From positions 31,884 through 95,883 of the IMG/VR virus record IMGVR_UViG_3300035664_000006: 64,000 bases of DNA; one strand, given 5' to 3'. The notes beneath the pieces were generated by a model. The model saw only the letters and a program-made list of their open reading frames with translations, was not told where the DNA came from and did no database searches. Shown here one piece after another: positions 39,681-49,919 of the stretch (positions are counted from its first letter, which is position 1; each line of letters starts with the position of its first letter). The position numbers and the translations under genes were made by a program. The stretch is from a virus.

Positions 39681-39983
39681 TTAACTCCAATATATATAAT
39701 TATTTAATCTTCTAAATGTTTCATTCGGTAATGCTAATGTATCGGCAACTACTGAAAATCCGATATTTAATGGGTAAAAGATTTTCTTGACAACATTATC
39801 ATCTAAAATTGCTGTATAGGTAGATGATGGCACATAACTAGTTGCACTTGCATCTAATGCTACTGAAAATCCGATATTTAATGGGTAAAAGATTTTCTTG
39901 ACAACATTATCATCTAAAATTGCTGTATAGGTTGTTGAACTACTTCGAGTTGCGGTAATACTACCGATATCTACTAATGCCAT
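39681..39983 (-). CDS. hypothetical protein with internal duplication
   Basis: TYTAILDDNVVKKIFYPLNIGFSV occurs twice. Confidence 0.55.
   Translation of the reverse strand: MALVDIGSITATRSSSTTYTAILDDNVVKKIFYPLNIGFSVALDASATSYVPSSTYTAILDDNVVKKIFYPLNIGFSVVADTLALPNETFRRLNNYIYWS
39749..39932. repeat. perfect 73-bp direct repeat, 111-bp period
   Basis: 39749-39821 equals 39860-39932. Confidence 0.85.
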
Positions 39984-39987
39984 AATA

Positions 39988-42900
39988 TTATCCTTTTAGT
40001 ATTAATCTACCACATGCAGTACCATCTGTTTTATTCATATTATATAAATTATTCAAGTAATAGATATTACCATTTATGTTTCTTAATGCCACTGTTCCAT
40101 TTGTATACATACTGCGATATTGATAATTATTGAATAAAGTATTGGCTGCTACTTGCATCGAATAATTTCCAGATAATACTTGAGTATTCGTTACATAACT
40201 ATTTACGAGTGGGTTATTAGTAACGCCATATATGATATCAGCAAGAGTATATGTTGAATAGGCAGGATAAGACGATCCGTTGTTTAAATATGTTTCCACA
40301 CTCAGCACTAATGTTCCTTTGTATGGAAATATTGATTGAAGAATCCCATAAGAAAGGGTACTACTACTACTATTGCCTTGAAAACCAGTCAACCCTGCAA
40401 CGGTATCAGAAGTTGGTGTTGAGCCATTCGCGGCAGTATATGTAGTTAATGTAGTATAACTCAATGTTTTATTAGAATATGAATGAAAATATATATTATG
40501 ATATAAAACATAATTGCTATATTTTGCTGCTGATATATTATTGTTTGTATGCGAAATTATAGACATTAAATAATTTGATATAGGATCATAATAAAATGCA
40601 ATAGCATGTACAGGGTAACTCTGGATGGTTAATGGTGGTAATGAATATGAGGTGCCCAATCTTCCCCCGGTAGGAATACCTGCAACTGAAACTTTATCAA
40701 TCCCTATTGAACCGCCATTGGTGTTAGCAGAAAGAGTTAAATTAAATGTAGAATTATATGTATATGTTATGTATATACATCCACGATAATCTGGGAATAT
40801 ATTTGCAATATATGAACTATTTGCTAAATTTGAAGGTGTATACGTGAATGCAAGTGTAAATCCAGATCCAGTTGAACCATCAGTAGTAGTCCACCGGTTA
40901 ATAATTGCAACTCGTGGAGAAGTAGTTGCACCATTAATCCCAACATAAACATATTGTCCGTCAATCGCTATTTGATGAGCAGCATATGCAAGAGTTATGG
41001 TTGCGGAATTGTATGTTTCGGTATCTATTCTAGCTAACGTAGTTCCACCAGAACCAGCATTAACATAAATGGCATAAATTGTTCTAAAACCATCGAAAAT
41101 TAATTTATCGTAATTGCCCGCTAATCGTTGAACTAATGTGCCACTCGAAACAGTTTGGGTTGTGTCATATGTTTTAATACCACCAGAACCACAAGCACAC
41201 CAGGCATTAACACCGATTAATAACATATCAACAACGCCAGCTGCTGAATATCCGTTATTTTGTGGTCTACCAGAAGCATTGACTGTATTTAATGAACTAT
41301 ATACCCCACTTTCTGCACCGCCATTTAATGGTAATATTAAACAAGTTGAATTAGTGCCACTAGCATCTGCCCATCCTCCAGGTGCTAATGGAACGGTTGT
41401 GGTATCTAATCCAGCACCAAATGGTTTAGTGATTGAGCAATTATACGCTCTACCTTGTGGTTGTAAGTTAGTAGCATGATCAATAGAAAAAGAAGTTATA
41501 ACAGATTTGGTTATATCCCATCCATAAGTATAATTATAAGAATCACCTAATGTAGTTGTTATACCTTTATTGGTCACTGCTCGCATATCTTTATTAAGTG
41601 AGCTATTTGGTAATCTAGGGAATACAAATTGATAAGAAGAATTATCAGATGTATAACCTAAAATAACAGAGTTAGTCCATGCAAAATTTGGCATACCAGC
41701 TGCTGCTGTATCCTCTACAGCTACCCGTTCAAATTCAAAAATAGCAGTCCATAATCCCATGGATTGTCTAACCCAAGGCCAAATCATAAAATGTGAGGAA
41801 GTAGCTGATACTAATATTTGGCAATCTTTTAAATCATATCCCTGCCCAAATGTTCCATTAAATCCATATGTTTCATTAAGTGGTTGTTTAGTTGACGTAT
41901 CCCATCCCTCGGCTGCTGCTGTAAAAAACTGTTGTTTAGTAGGATCCCATCTAATAATTAAATATTTGTAATTAGTATTATCTGCACATATTGCTCGATA
42001 AACATAAGTGTATAAAGGTGACCAAGTATTTAAGTTTGATTGTACTATATTTGCAACAGTTCCAGATGTTGGCGGAGTCCCGTTATTTATTGTATATGTT
42101 ATCGATGATGAGCTAACGATATTATTTACCACAATTGAATTAGGTGTCCCACCATACAATGTACCAGTACCAGCTGTTGCAGCAATTAATGACCCTGCTC
42201 CAAACCCGGTAGTTGAACTCATGCCGGTGATAACTGCGGTATTTTGATAATTTGATTTTACAGCACCAACTGTTATTGTTAAATTATTAGTTGGAGTTGT
42301 ACCACCTAAATTTGCTCCCGCTATTACAATGGTATCACCAACTGCATACCCAGTACCTGATGATAAAACACCTATTGTAGTAAATCCGCTGTATGCAGTT
42401 CCCGCACCAGTTTTGGAGATCTGAAATACAGCACCTGTTCCAGAACCACTAGTAGATAGTGGAGTTACGTTATAGTTGTTAGCTGCGGTAACACTAGTTC
42501 CACTCACAGCCGAACTACTGACATATCCTTTAATAGTATTTGTAAGTACTGAACCACCGATGGTCAATGTTAAATTATTAGTTGGAGTTGTACCACCTAA
42601 ACTTGCTCCAGCTATTACAATGGTATCACCAACTACATACCCAGTACCGGAAGAATACATAGTTGCGGTTGTTACTCCAGAATATGTTGTGCCGGTGCCC
42701 GCCTTTGTGACAGTAATATATCCCCCTGAACCTACACCGCTTGTTGATGCAATTGCTACACCAATATATGTGCCTATAGTGGATGTACTACTAGTCCCAG
42801 TTGGGGTTCCGAATGTTGTTAACGAACTAAACCCACCAGTAGGAGTAATGGTCCCAGTAGTGCTAGTAGCGGTGGTGAATACCGTTGATGAATTTGGTGC

Positions 42901-43035
42901 AATATAATCATATTGAGACCAACCCAATGATGTAATAGCGGTATCAACCGCTGAAATGATATTAGCTGGGGTTGTTTCATTTGAAACTGTAATTTTTATA
43001 CTGTTAGTAGTATAACTTGCTGAAGAAACTGTCAT
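39988..43035 (-). CDS. large tail fibre/adhesin-like protein
   Basis: 1015 aa, T/S/G-rich, repeated GTGYxVGDTIVIAGAxLGGTTPTNNL. Confidence 0.7.
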   Translation of the reverse strand: MTVSSASYTTNSIKITVSNETTPANIISAVDTAITSLGWSQYDYIAPNSSTVFTTATSTTGTITPTGGFSSLTTFGTPTGTSSTSTIGTYIGVAIASTSGVGSGGYITVTKAGTGTTYSGVTTATMYSSGTGYVVGDTIVIAGASLGGTTPTNNLTLTIGGSVLTNTIKGYVSSSAVSGTSVTAANNYNVTPLSTSGSGTGAVFQISKTGAGTAYSGFTTIGVLSSGTGYAVGDTIVIAGANLGGTTPTNNLTITVGAVKSNYQNTAVITGMSSTTGFGAGSLIAATAGTGTLYGGTPNSIVVNNIVSSSSITYTINNGTPPTSGTVANIVQSNLNTWSPLYTYVYRAICADNTNYKYLIIRWDPTKQQFFTAAAEGWDTSTKQPLNETYGFNGTFGQGYDLKDCQILVSATSSHFMIWPWVRQSMGLWTAIFEFERVAVEDTAAAGMPNFAWTNSVILGYTSDNSSYQFVFPRLPNSSLNKDMRAVTNKGITTTLGDSYNYTYGWDITKSVITSFSIDHATNLQPQGRAYNCSITKPFGAGLDTTTVPLAPGGWADASGTNSTCLILPLNGGAESGVYSSLNTVNASGRPQNNGYSAAGVVDMLLIGVNAWCACGSGGIKTYDTTQTVSSGTLVQRLAGNYDKLIFDGFRTIYAIYVNAGSGGTTLARIDTETYNSATITLAYAAHQIAIDGQYVYVGINGATTSPRVAIINRWTTTDGSTGSGFTLAFTYTPSNLANSSYIANIFPDYRGCIYITYTYNSTFNLTLSANTNGGSIGIDKVSVAGIPTGGRLGTSYSLPPLTIQSYPVHAIAFYYDPISNYLMSIISHTNNNISAAKYSNYVLYHNIYFHSYSNKTLSYTTLTTYTAANGSTPTSDTVAGLTGFQGNSSSSTLSYGILQSIFPYKGTLVLSVETYLNNGSSYPAYSTYTLADIIYGVTNNPLVNSYVTNTQVLSGNYSMQVAANTLFNNYQYRSMYTNGTVALRNINGNIYYLNNLYNMNKTDGTACGRLILKG

Positions 43036-43038
43036 AAT

Positions 43039-43524
43039 TTAATTCCTTGTATAGGTAAATGATAAAATAGCATCAAATGTATAATTTGTAGCAGTAACGT
43101 CTACTGTAATATAATCCGTTGTTAAAACTATGGTATTCAATGTAGTTGTTAATGAAATATTTTGTCCCGCTGATAATGATACCGTAGCAATAGTAGAATC
43201 TGATTTTTTAATTACTAATGTTAATGGTCCACCAGATGGCGGGGTTCCAGCAGAAATAAAAACTGATGTAATATTTATAGATGTATCAGGATACCATCTT
43301 AAAGTTCCAGTTCCAATATTAACTGGACCAACAAAATTAAGTTGTTTTGTATAGGTTGGTGTAGTTCCACCGCCACCGCCTAATGATTTGATTTGATCTG
43401 ATGTATTTTTAAAATACAATTTTTCATCGGCATAATTCAACGCGATCTCGCCATAATCTAAATCAGTAGCGAGTGGGATTTTGCCGATTACTGATGATTT
43501 TTTCAGTAATACTTTGTTTGCCAT
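43039..43524 (-). CDS. tail-fibre-associated protein
   Basis: LKKSS..P..LDYGEIALNYAD N-terminal module. Confidence 0.65.
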   Translation of the reverse strand: MANKVLLKKSSVIGKIPLATDLDYGEIALNYADEKLYFKNTSDQIKSLGGGGGTTPTYTKQLNFVGPVNIGTGTLRWYPDTSINITSVFISAGTPPSGGPLTLVIKKSDSTIATVSLSAGQNISLTTTLNTIVLTTDYITVDVTATNYTFDAILSFTYTRN

Positions 43525-43594
43525 TTTAAATCCTATAGAGGAAGGTTCTGCAAGAATGCAAGGATAGAATAGAAATTCTACCCATTTTATCTAT

Positions 43595-44866
43595 TTAGTA
43601 GGTACCACCATCAATATCACCAACCGATAACACACCTGATGAATATAATAGCCCACTGCCAGCAATGGTTGATTTTAATTGTAGGTTATCAGCTGCAATT
43701 TCAATACCACCATCAGTTGCAACATTAACACTAAATGTTGAGCCGGATAATGTCAACCCATCACCACCTGAATAAGCACCACCACCATTGAATTGTACCC
43801 ATTGCTGACCTGAAAAACTGGTCAAATAATGATTACCTTGTACCCAACCAGATTTACCATAATTGGTACCTTCTAATATGAATATTGAAGCACCTTTTAA
43901 TTCAGCATAAGTATCTGCGTCAGCGGATCTAGATAATGTATAATTAGAACCATTATCGCTATATGTATATATACCAATTTCTGATGCAGTTGATTGATTT
44001 TTTAATAAAATTCTATAACCATCGCCGTGTGCTTGGGTTAATGCACCATGACCATCAATAACCAAAGTACCAGTTGTTCCAGTTAATGCTACATTAGAAT
44101 CTGCTAATAAATTAGCAGCATCTTTCCATGTTAACCCAGTAACTGCATTATCAACATAATCTTTATTAGCAGCATCACTACCAACTTCTGGTGTACCAAC
44201 ATTAGTTATTTTCGCACCATTGACATCAACATTCCCTAACCCATTTGGGTCTAATGAAATATCGCCATTTGTATTTGTGGATGAAATAATATTGCCATTG
44301 AAGTTTAAATTATCAATTGTTAGTTCGGTTAATCCAGCTAATGAAGTGGAGGTTGCGCCTAATGATATAGATGTTGAGCCAATGGTTATTGAGCCACTAA
44401 CTGGTATTGCAGCCCAAGATACAACACCAGCTCCATTAGTGGTTAAAACATAATTGGCAGTACCATCTACTCTAGGTAATGTATAAGCACCAGCAATAGA
44501 AACTTTTCCAGTACCATTAGGTGATAATAATAAATTTCCATTAGTATCAGTAGTGCTAATAGTGTTGCCATTTAATTCAATGTTATCAACTAATAAATCA
44601 TCGATTTTTTTATTAGAATCAACAACAATAGCAGAAGATGCAGTTAATGTGCCAGCAGTATGATCTAATCTATCTGTGAAAAATTTGCCACCAATTACTA
44701 CATGCGAAGCAGCGTTGCCATTTGTTTCGGTACCCATGCCAATGTATAATCGATCACCACCATTACTACCATTATCTGTTAATCCAGAATATGCTAATTC
44801 ACCATTACCTAATGTTGATGGATTGCCTGATGTTTCTGAACGTTTTATTCTAATAATGTTACTCAT
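43595..44866 (-). CDS. tail fibre protein
   Basis: IRIKRS..LGNGELAY; DAANKDYVD; C-terminal IDGGTY. Confidence 0.7.
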   Translation of the reverse strand: MSNIIRIKRSETSGNPSTLGNGELAYSGLTDNGSNGGDRLYIGMGTETNGNAASHVVIGGKFFTDRLDHTAGTLTASSAIVVDSNKKIDDLLVDNIELNGNTISTTDTNGNLLLSPNGTGKVSIAGAYTLPRVDGTANYVLTTNGAGVVSWAAIPVSGSITIGSTSISLGATSTSLAGLTELTIDNLNFNGNIISSTNTNGDISLDPNGLGNVDVNGAKITNVGTPEVGSDAANKDYVDNAVTGLTWKDAANLLADSNVALTGTTGTLVIDGHGALTQAHGDGYRILLKNQSTASEIGIYTYSDNGSNYTLSRSADADTYAELKGASIFILEGTNYGKSGWVQGNHYLTSFSGQQWVQFNGGGAYSGGDGLTLSGSTFSVNVATDGGIEIAADNLQLKSTIAGSGLLYSSGVLSVGDIDGGTY

Positions 44867-44875
44867 TTAAATTCC

Positions 44876-45226
44876 TTAATAATGACCGCCATCTAAATTT
44901 TGATTGCTGCCAAGCGATAATAACACATTTGTGTTATCTGTTAATTGACTAATATCGGTAGGTGGTGCAACTGTGCTAATAACACCATTTGTTATTGTAA
45001 TATTGTTTCCAATTTTAACACCACCTAGTCTAGATGCAGTTGCAATGGGTAAAGTATATGATCCAGAGCCAGAACCGGTAGATAATGGTATTCCACCTTT
45101 TGTTTCACCGTCCCCTAAACGTAAATCTCCCAGTTCTTGGTTATAAAAGATCATGCCATTATCACCGATATAATCATCAGCGGTAACTGAGTTAACTCTA
45201 CTTGAACGTATCTTTTGAATAGTCAT
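44876..45226 (-). CDS. tail-fibre-associated protein
   Basis: LRLGDGETKGG; LPIATASRLGGVKIG. Confidence 0.65.
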   Translation of the reverse strand: MTIQKIRSSRVNSVTADDYIGDNGMIFYNQELGDLRLGDGETKGGIPLSTGSGSGSYTLPIATASRLGGVKIGNNITITNGVISTVAPPTDISQLTDNTNVLLSLGSNQNLDGGHY

Positions 45227-45237
45227 TATTTAAATCC

Positions 45238-45528
45238 TTATAGCAATCTTAATAAATGTGCCAATTCATCTTCATGCATTTGGATTACTTTGATTTCATC
45301 TTCATCAGATATTTCATTCTGAGTTAAATCATCAATTATATCACTTTCTTTACCATTAGCCGCTTTTTTCATTTCTAATTCTTGTTGTAATGGTGAAACA
45401 AATACTGGATTTTGATCTAATTCACTTGGATCGGTTTTATCCTGTGATGGCATATCAATCTCTGGATCACCGTCCCCGTTTATTCTTATGTTAATTGGTA
45501 CATTAATTGTAAATTCTTTAGCTCTCAT
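45238..45528 (-). CDS. hypothetical protein
   Basis: MRAKEF..VSPLQQELE. Confidence 0.6.
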   Translation of the reverse strand: MRAKEFTINVPINIRINGDGDPEIDMPSQDKTDPSELDQNPVFVSPLQQELEMKKAANGKESDIIDDLTQNEISDEDEIKVIQMHEDELAHLLRLL

Positions 45529-45563
45529 AATCTTATTTATCCATTATTGACATGTAGAATTTA

Positions 45564-47165
45564 CTAATATATTTCACGCCATTGCATACTAACACCAACA
45601 TTCGTTGATTGTGCACCTAAATTTGTGGCAACTACCAGGAATATCTCAGAATCCGTACTGTCAAAGTTTTGCACAATATAATTCTTTTTTGCAGATGATG
45701 GGATGTTACTAGCCGGTGCGCCTCCTGCTTTTTGACTACCTTGGGTAGATGCACCAACAAATCCACTATCCATTTCTTGCCCATCTGTCCATGCGGTAGC
45801 AGTTACGTTGTATTGAATACCTGATTCATTATGCACATCTACCCATGAATTACCTGTTAGAAATGCTTGTGCTGGTAATTTTATCAATTGCCATTTAATA
45901 TTGGCACCATCGCTGAATACATTTAAGTTACCCATGCGAACAATCATTCTATTTGAATATGTATGAAACGTATTTTTTAATCTAATTGCCATAACTGGAG
46001 AAGTTACACCAGCTGCTATTGTTTTTAAGGTCGGTGTAGTTGTAGACCAATCTTGACCTGCTTCAACATAGCCACCTTCACTGAATACTGTTGAACATAT
46101 TTGATCCATTGAACCGCCTGTGGTAGTACCAATATTTCTTATTTCGCATCTAACGGGAAGATTTGGATTACTCATGTAAACAGTTGGTAACATATTGCTA
46201 TGTAAGAATTCGTGTACATAAACTGCATTGCCATTATGTGCAAACCCAACACGAACCCTACCAACGCCCAGCCACTGGAAATCAATCACTACTAATTGTG
46301 TATTAAGTATGTTCAACCATGAAACAGTGTCTAAATTCCATTGTGATTGAGTTTTTCTGACTTCAATGGGAGCGCCAGAAACAAAACTTCTTATTACCCA
46401 TGATAAAGTCCCATCGCCTGCTTGCTCAAAGTAAATTCCATCATTATCATCAAAATACCCAGTTCGTTTAACTACGTTCGGTGTAGCAGCTCCAAAATTT
46501 ATACTACTAAAAATTACTTGAGATTTACCAGGCATATAATGATGATAAAATTTTGTTTGATGGATAATAAAACTAGATGGATTAGAAGTTGTAGATAATG
46601 TACAACATGCTTTATTTTTTACAAATTGAATAGCACCACCATTTCCAGCATAGTCGATAAATGCAGGATCTATACCATATAAGTGTTTATAATCACCTAA
46701 AGTAAAAGGTTCGGAAACTCGTTGTCTACCAAACGCATCAATTGCGCCAAACCCCATTGAAACTGGAATAGGATTTCCACTATCATTTTTTATTTCAACT
46801 TCTGGTAAACTGCTAATTGAAACACTGCCATCCACTGTAATAGAACCACCATTATCACTAATTGCCCATGGGGTAGTACCTTGTTTAACAGTCCAATCAC
46901 CATCTTGCTGAACTTTTCCTATAACTGCAGAACTCGTTTTTAATGTTACTTGCCCATTAGTACCGATTGATACTGGTGCAGAATGATTTTCATCCCATAC
47001 ATTCCCTAATGTATCGATTTGAATTCTAACCTTATCAACCAGAACATCGCCTTGTAATGATATTCCATCAACATGTGTGCGAATAACTGGTTCACCAGAC
47101 TCATTATATTGCATAGCTTTATGCAGATTTTTTAAATTATTATCATTTGGATGTATATATGTCAT
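45564..47165 (-). CDS. putative virion structural protein
   Basis: DAFGRQRVSEP, YMPGKSQ, IDFQWLGVGRVRVGF. Confidence 0.65.
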   Translation of the reverse strand: MTYIHPNDNNLKNLHKAMQYNESGEPVIRTHVDGISLQGDVLVDKVRIQIDTLGNVWDENHSAPVSIGTNGQVTLKTSSAVIGKVQQDGDWTVKQGTTPWAISDNGGSITVDGSVSISSLPEVEIKNDSGNPIPVSMGFGAIDAFGRQRVSEPFTLGDYKHLYGIDPAFIDYAGNGGAIQFVKNKACCTLSTTSNPSSFIIHQTKFYHHYMPGKSQVIFSSINFGAATPNVVKRTGYFDDNDGIYFEQAGDGTLSWVIRSFVSGAPIEVRKTQSQWNLDTVSWLNILNTQLVVIDFQWLGVGRVRVGFAHNGNAVYVHEFLHSNMLPTVYMSNPNLPVRCEIRNIGTTTGGSMDQICSTVFSEGGYVEAGQDWSTTTPTLKTIAAGVTSPVMAIRLKNTFHTYSNRMIVRMGNLNVFSDGANIKWQLIKLPAQAFLTGNSWVDVHNESGIQYNVTATAWTDGQEMDSGFVGASTQGSQKAGGAPASNIPSSAKKNYIVQNFDSTDSEIFLVVATNLGAQSTNVGVSMQWREIY

Positions 47166-47166
47166 C

Positions 47167-47379
47167 TTAAACCTCTGGACCTAATTCCCATGGATGTCCT
47201 GTAGCTGGACTAACTGTTCCTGGGCTATTATAAACATTATATGGTCTATAACCAATTTTAGTAATATCAACTGGATCAGTATTAATAAGTTTTCCTTGAC
47301 GTTTTAATTCAGCCAATTCTAATTTTAAATCTCTACGTTCGGATTTTGGGATATGTGTTGAAATACCATTTTCTGCCAT
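47167..47379 (-). CDS. hypothetical protein
   Basis: MAENGIST..GHPW; late promoter. Confidence 0.6.
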   Translation of the reverse strand: MAENGISTHIPKSERRDLKLELAELKRQGKLINTDPVDITKIGYRPYNVYNSPGTVSPATGHPWELGPEV

Positions 47380-47416
47380 AATTTTTTTCCTTTTGTATAT
47401 TTAGTTAAATATCGGT

Positions 47417-48616
47417 ATGATTAACAAAGAACCATTCAATAAACTTATTAATGATTTAAAAGAAACTGGAAAATACAGAGTTTTCAATGACATACTACGT
47501 GAGCAAGGTAAATTCCCAAATGCAATTTGGTATGGCCCATATGCCATCAAGAATATTGTCAATTGGTGTAGTAATGATTATCTTGGGATGGGGCAGCATA
47601 AAGTAGTATTAGATGCAATGAGGACAGCATTAGATATGACAGGTGCTGGTTCTGGTGGTACTAGAAATATTTCAGGAACTAGTCATTATCATGTCGCATT
47701 GGAACATGAATTAGCATCATTACATAAAAAAGAAAAAGCACTATTGTTCTCATCTGCATATGTAGCAAATGAATGGAGTTTAATTGCATTAAGTAAGATT
47801 ATTCCAAATATCGAGTTTATTAGTGATAGCAAGAACCATAATAGTTTAATAGTTGGTATGAGCCATAGCAGAGCACCTAAACAAATATTCAAGCATAATG
47901 ATTTAATTGAGTTAGAAAACTGTTTAAAACAGGCAGTTAAAAATGAAACTATTCCTTGTATTGTATTTGAAAGTGTATACAGTATGGAAGGTGATGTCAG
48001 TCCAATTAAAGAAATATGTGATTTAGCTGACAAATATAATGCCATCACATACTGTGATGAAGTTCATGCGGTAGGAGTTCGAGGATTTACAGGTGCGGGT
48101 GTGTTAGAAGAACTAGGTTTACAAGAACGAGTTGATATTGTTAATGGTACTCTTGGCAAAGCATTTGGTGTACAAGGTGGTTATATCGCAGGGGATTCTA
48201 TAGTAATTGATGCTATTCGAAGCATTGCGAATGGATTCATCTTTAGTACATCATTAAGTCCAGTGATTGTCGCCGGGGCATTAGCTGCAGTTAAATTTTC
48301 AAAAGCTCATAATGAATTAAGAGAAAAACACCAAGAACGAGCTAGAAAATTAAAAAAACGGATGAAGGAATCGGGAATACCAGTAATGGACTCAACTACA
48401 CATATCGTACCGGTGTTGATCGGGAATGCACAGAAAGCCCGAGAAATTAGTGATAGATTATTAAATGATTATAGTATTTACGTACAAGCAATTAATTCTC
48501 CAACAGTAGATGTTGGCACTGAACGATTGCGATTTGCACCTACCCCAAATCATACGGATGCTATGATAGCTGATTTAGTAACAGCGTTGTCTATCATATT
48601 AAAAAGTTATAATTAG
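47417..48616 (+). CDS. hemA: 5-aminolevulinate synthase
   Basis: [43 protein letters not shown]. Confidence 0.95.
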   Translation: MINKEPFNKLINDLKETGKYRVFNDILREQGKFPNAIWYGPYAIKNIVNWCSNDYLGMGQHKVVLDAMRTALDMTGAGSGGTRNISGTSHYHVALEHELASLHKKEKALLFSSAYVANEWSLIALSKIIPNIEFISDSKNHNSLIVGMSHSRAPKQIFKHNDLIELENCLKQAVKNETIPCIVFESVYSMEGDVSPIKEICDLADKYNAITYCDEVHAVGVRGFTGAGVLEELGLQERVDIVNGTLGKAFGVQGGYIAGDSIVIDAIRSIANGFIFSTSLSPVIVAGALAAVKFSKAHNELREKHQERARKLKKRMKESGIPVMDSTTHIVPVLIGNAQKAREISDRLLNDYSIYVQAINSPTVDVGTERLRFAPTPNHTDAMIADLVTALSIILKSYN

Positions 48617-48617
48617 A

Positions 48618-48696
48618 ATAAATAAAGGCGTAGTTCGCGGAATGGGGATTCCCAACTACACTAATGTCAACGGAGGACATCAGCATGAGTATTTAT
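48618..48696 (+). promoter_or_regulatory. conserved endonuclease leader element, copy 5
   Basis: Hairpin 1 same as copy 2; hairpin 2 covaried to ATGTC/GACAT. Confidence 0.85.
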
Positions 48697-49428
48697 GATA
48701 ATACCATCACACCAACTTATCTTTATATTAAACAACATTCAATTACTGGCTTAAAATATTTTGGTAAAACTACAAATTCAAACCCATTAAAATACTTAGG
48801 ATCTGGAACATATTGGAAAAAACATATCAGAAAACATGGTGAAGAATATGTAGAAACCATCTGGATGTCAGAACCATATACTAATAAAGAAATATTAACT
48901 GAAGTTGCATTAAAATTCTCAATTGAAAATAATATTGTAGAATCTAACGAATGGGCTAATTTAATATTAGAAAATGGATTAGATGGTGGAACTCACGGGG
49001 CTATAGTGTCATCGGAAACTAGAAATAAAATTTCTGCATCAAATAGTCGTAGACGATTATCTGATGCAACCAAGCAAAAGATTAAAAATTCTAAACTAAA
49101 TATTTCAGATGAAACACGAGCAAAGATCGGTGCTGCCAGTAAAAATAGAATAGCAAGTGCTGAAACAAGAAAAAAGCTTTCAATTACTAGCACGGGGAGA
49201 ATGCATACTGATGAAACAAAAGAAAAAATAAGACAGATTAATTTAGGAAGAAAGCATACCGCTGAGACTATTCATAAGTTAAAAAACAGAGTAGTTACAA
49301 CTGAAACAAAGCAAAAAATGTCATTGATCCGAAAAAACCATCCGATTGTTAAATGTCCGCACTGTGATGTATCTGGAAAGGGTGGAAATATGACACGATA
49401 TCATTTTAATAATTGTAAAAATAAATAG
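48685..49428 (+). CDS. GIY-YIG (Seg-like) homing endonuclease with NUMOD3 repeats and Zn-finger-like tail
   Basis: YLYIKQH..KYFGKT..YLGSG; CPHC..RYHFNNC; start refined by GGAGG RBS. Confidence 0.85.
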   Translation: MSIYDNTITPTYLYIKQHSITGLKYFGKTTNSNPLKYLGSGTYWKKHIRKHGEEYVETIWMSEPYTNKEILTEVALKFSIENNIVESNEWANLILENGLDGGTHGAIVSSETRNKISASNSRRRLSDATKQKIKNSKLNISDETRAKIGAASKNRIASAETRKKLSITSTGRMHTDETKEKIRQINLGRKHTAETIHKLKNRVVTTETKQKMSLIRKNHPIVKCPHCDVSGKGGNMTRYHFNNCKNK

Positions 49429-49429
49429 T

Positions 49430-49555
49430 TTCCCAACAGTTGAGGTAGGAGCAGAACGATTAAGATTTGCTCCTACACCATTGCATGATGATGGTATGAT
49501 TGAAGATTTGATTAATGCATTAAAAACAATTATTGTACCGCATTCTGTTGTTTAG
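49430..49555 (+). pseudogene. displaced second copy of the hemA 3' end
   Basis: [31 protein letters not shown] versus hem[32 protein letters not shown]. Confidence 0.85.
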
Positions 49556-49763
49556 TTAATTGTTCAATTTTCTGTTGAAGTTGTTGTATTTCATCATCTT
49601 GACGATGATCATCTGCTTCAGCATGTTGTAATGATCTAGCAAACAAAAGTAACAGTGCTTCAATTTCATCTTCGGTGTCCGAGTAATGAGATTTTGCAAA
49701 TTTTTTAAGTTTATCAAGTAATAACGATGATTCATTAAGCTGTGTAATTTCATGCATTTTCAT
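49530..49763 (-). CDS. hypothetical coiled-coil protein
   Basis: N-terminus MKMHEITQLNE. Confidence 0.55.
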   Translation of the reverse strand: MKMHEITQLNESSLLLDKLKKFAKSHYSDTEDEIEALLLLFARSLQHAEADDHRQDDEIQQLQQKIEQLTKQQNAVQ

Positions 49764-49840
49764 AAATAATTCCCTCAAGACCGCATCCAAATTTTGCTAA
49801 TACGTAATAAATGTAGTATAATATTTTCATAGTAATATTT

Positions 49841-49919
49841 ATAAATAATTATGTAGATCGCGGAATTGGCGTTCCCATCTACTTTAATACTGTAAAGGAG
49901 TATCAACATGGATATTTAT
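49841..49919 (+). promoter_or_regulatory. conserved endonuclease leader element, copy 6
   Basis: Compensatory stem GTAGAT/ATCTAC. Confidence 0.85.
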
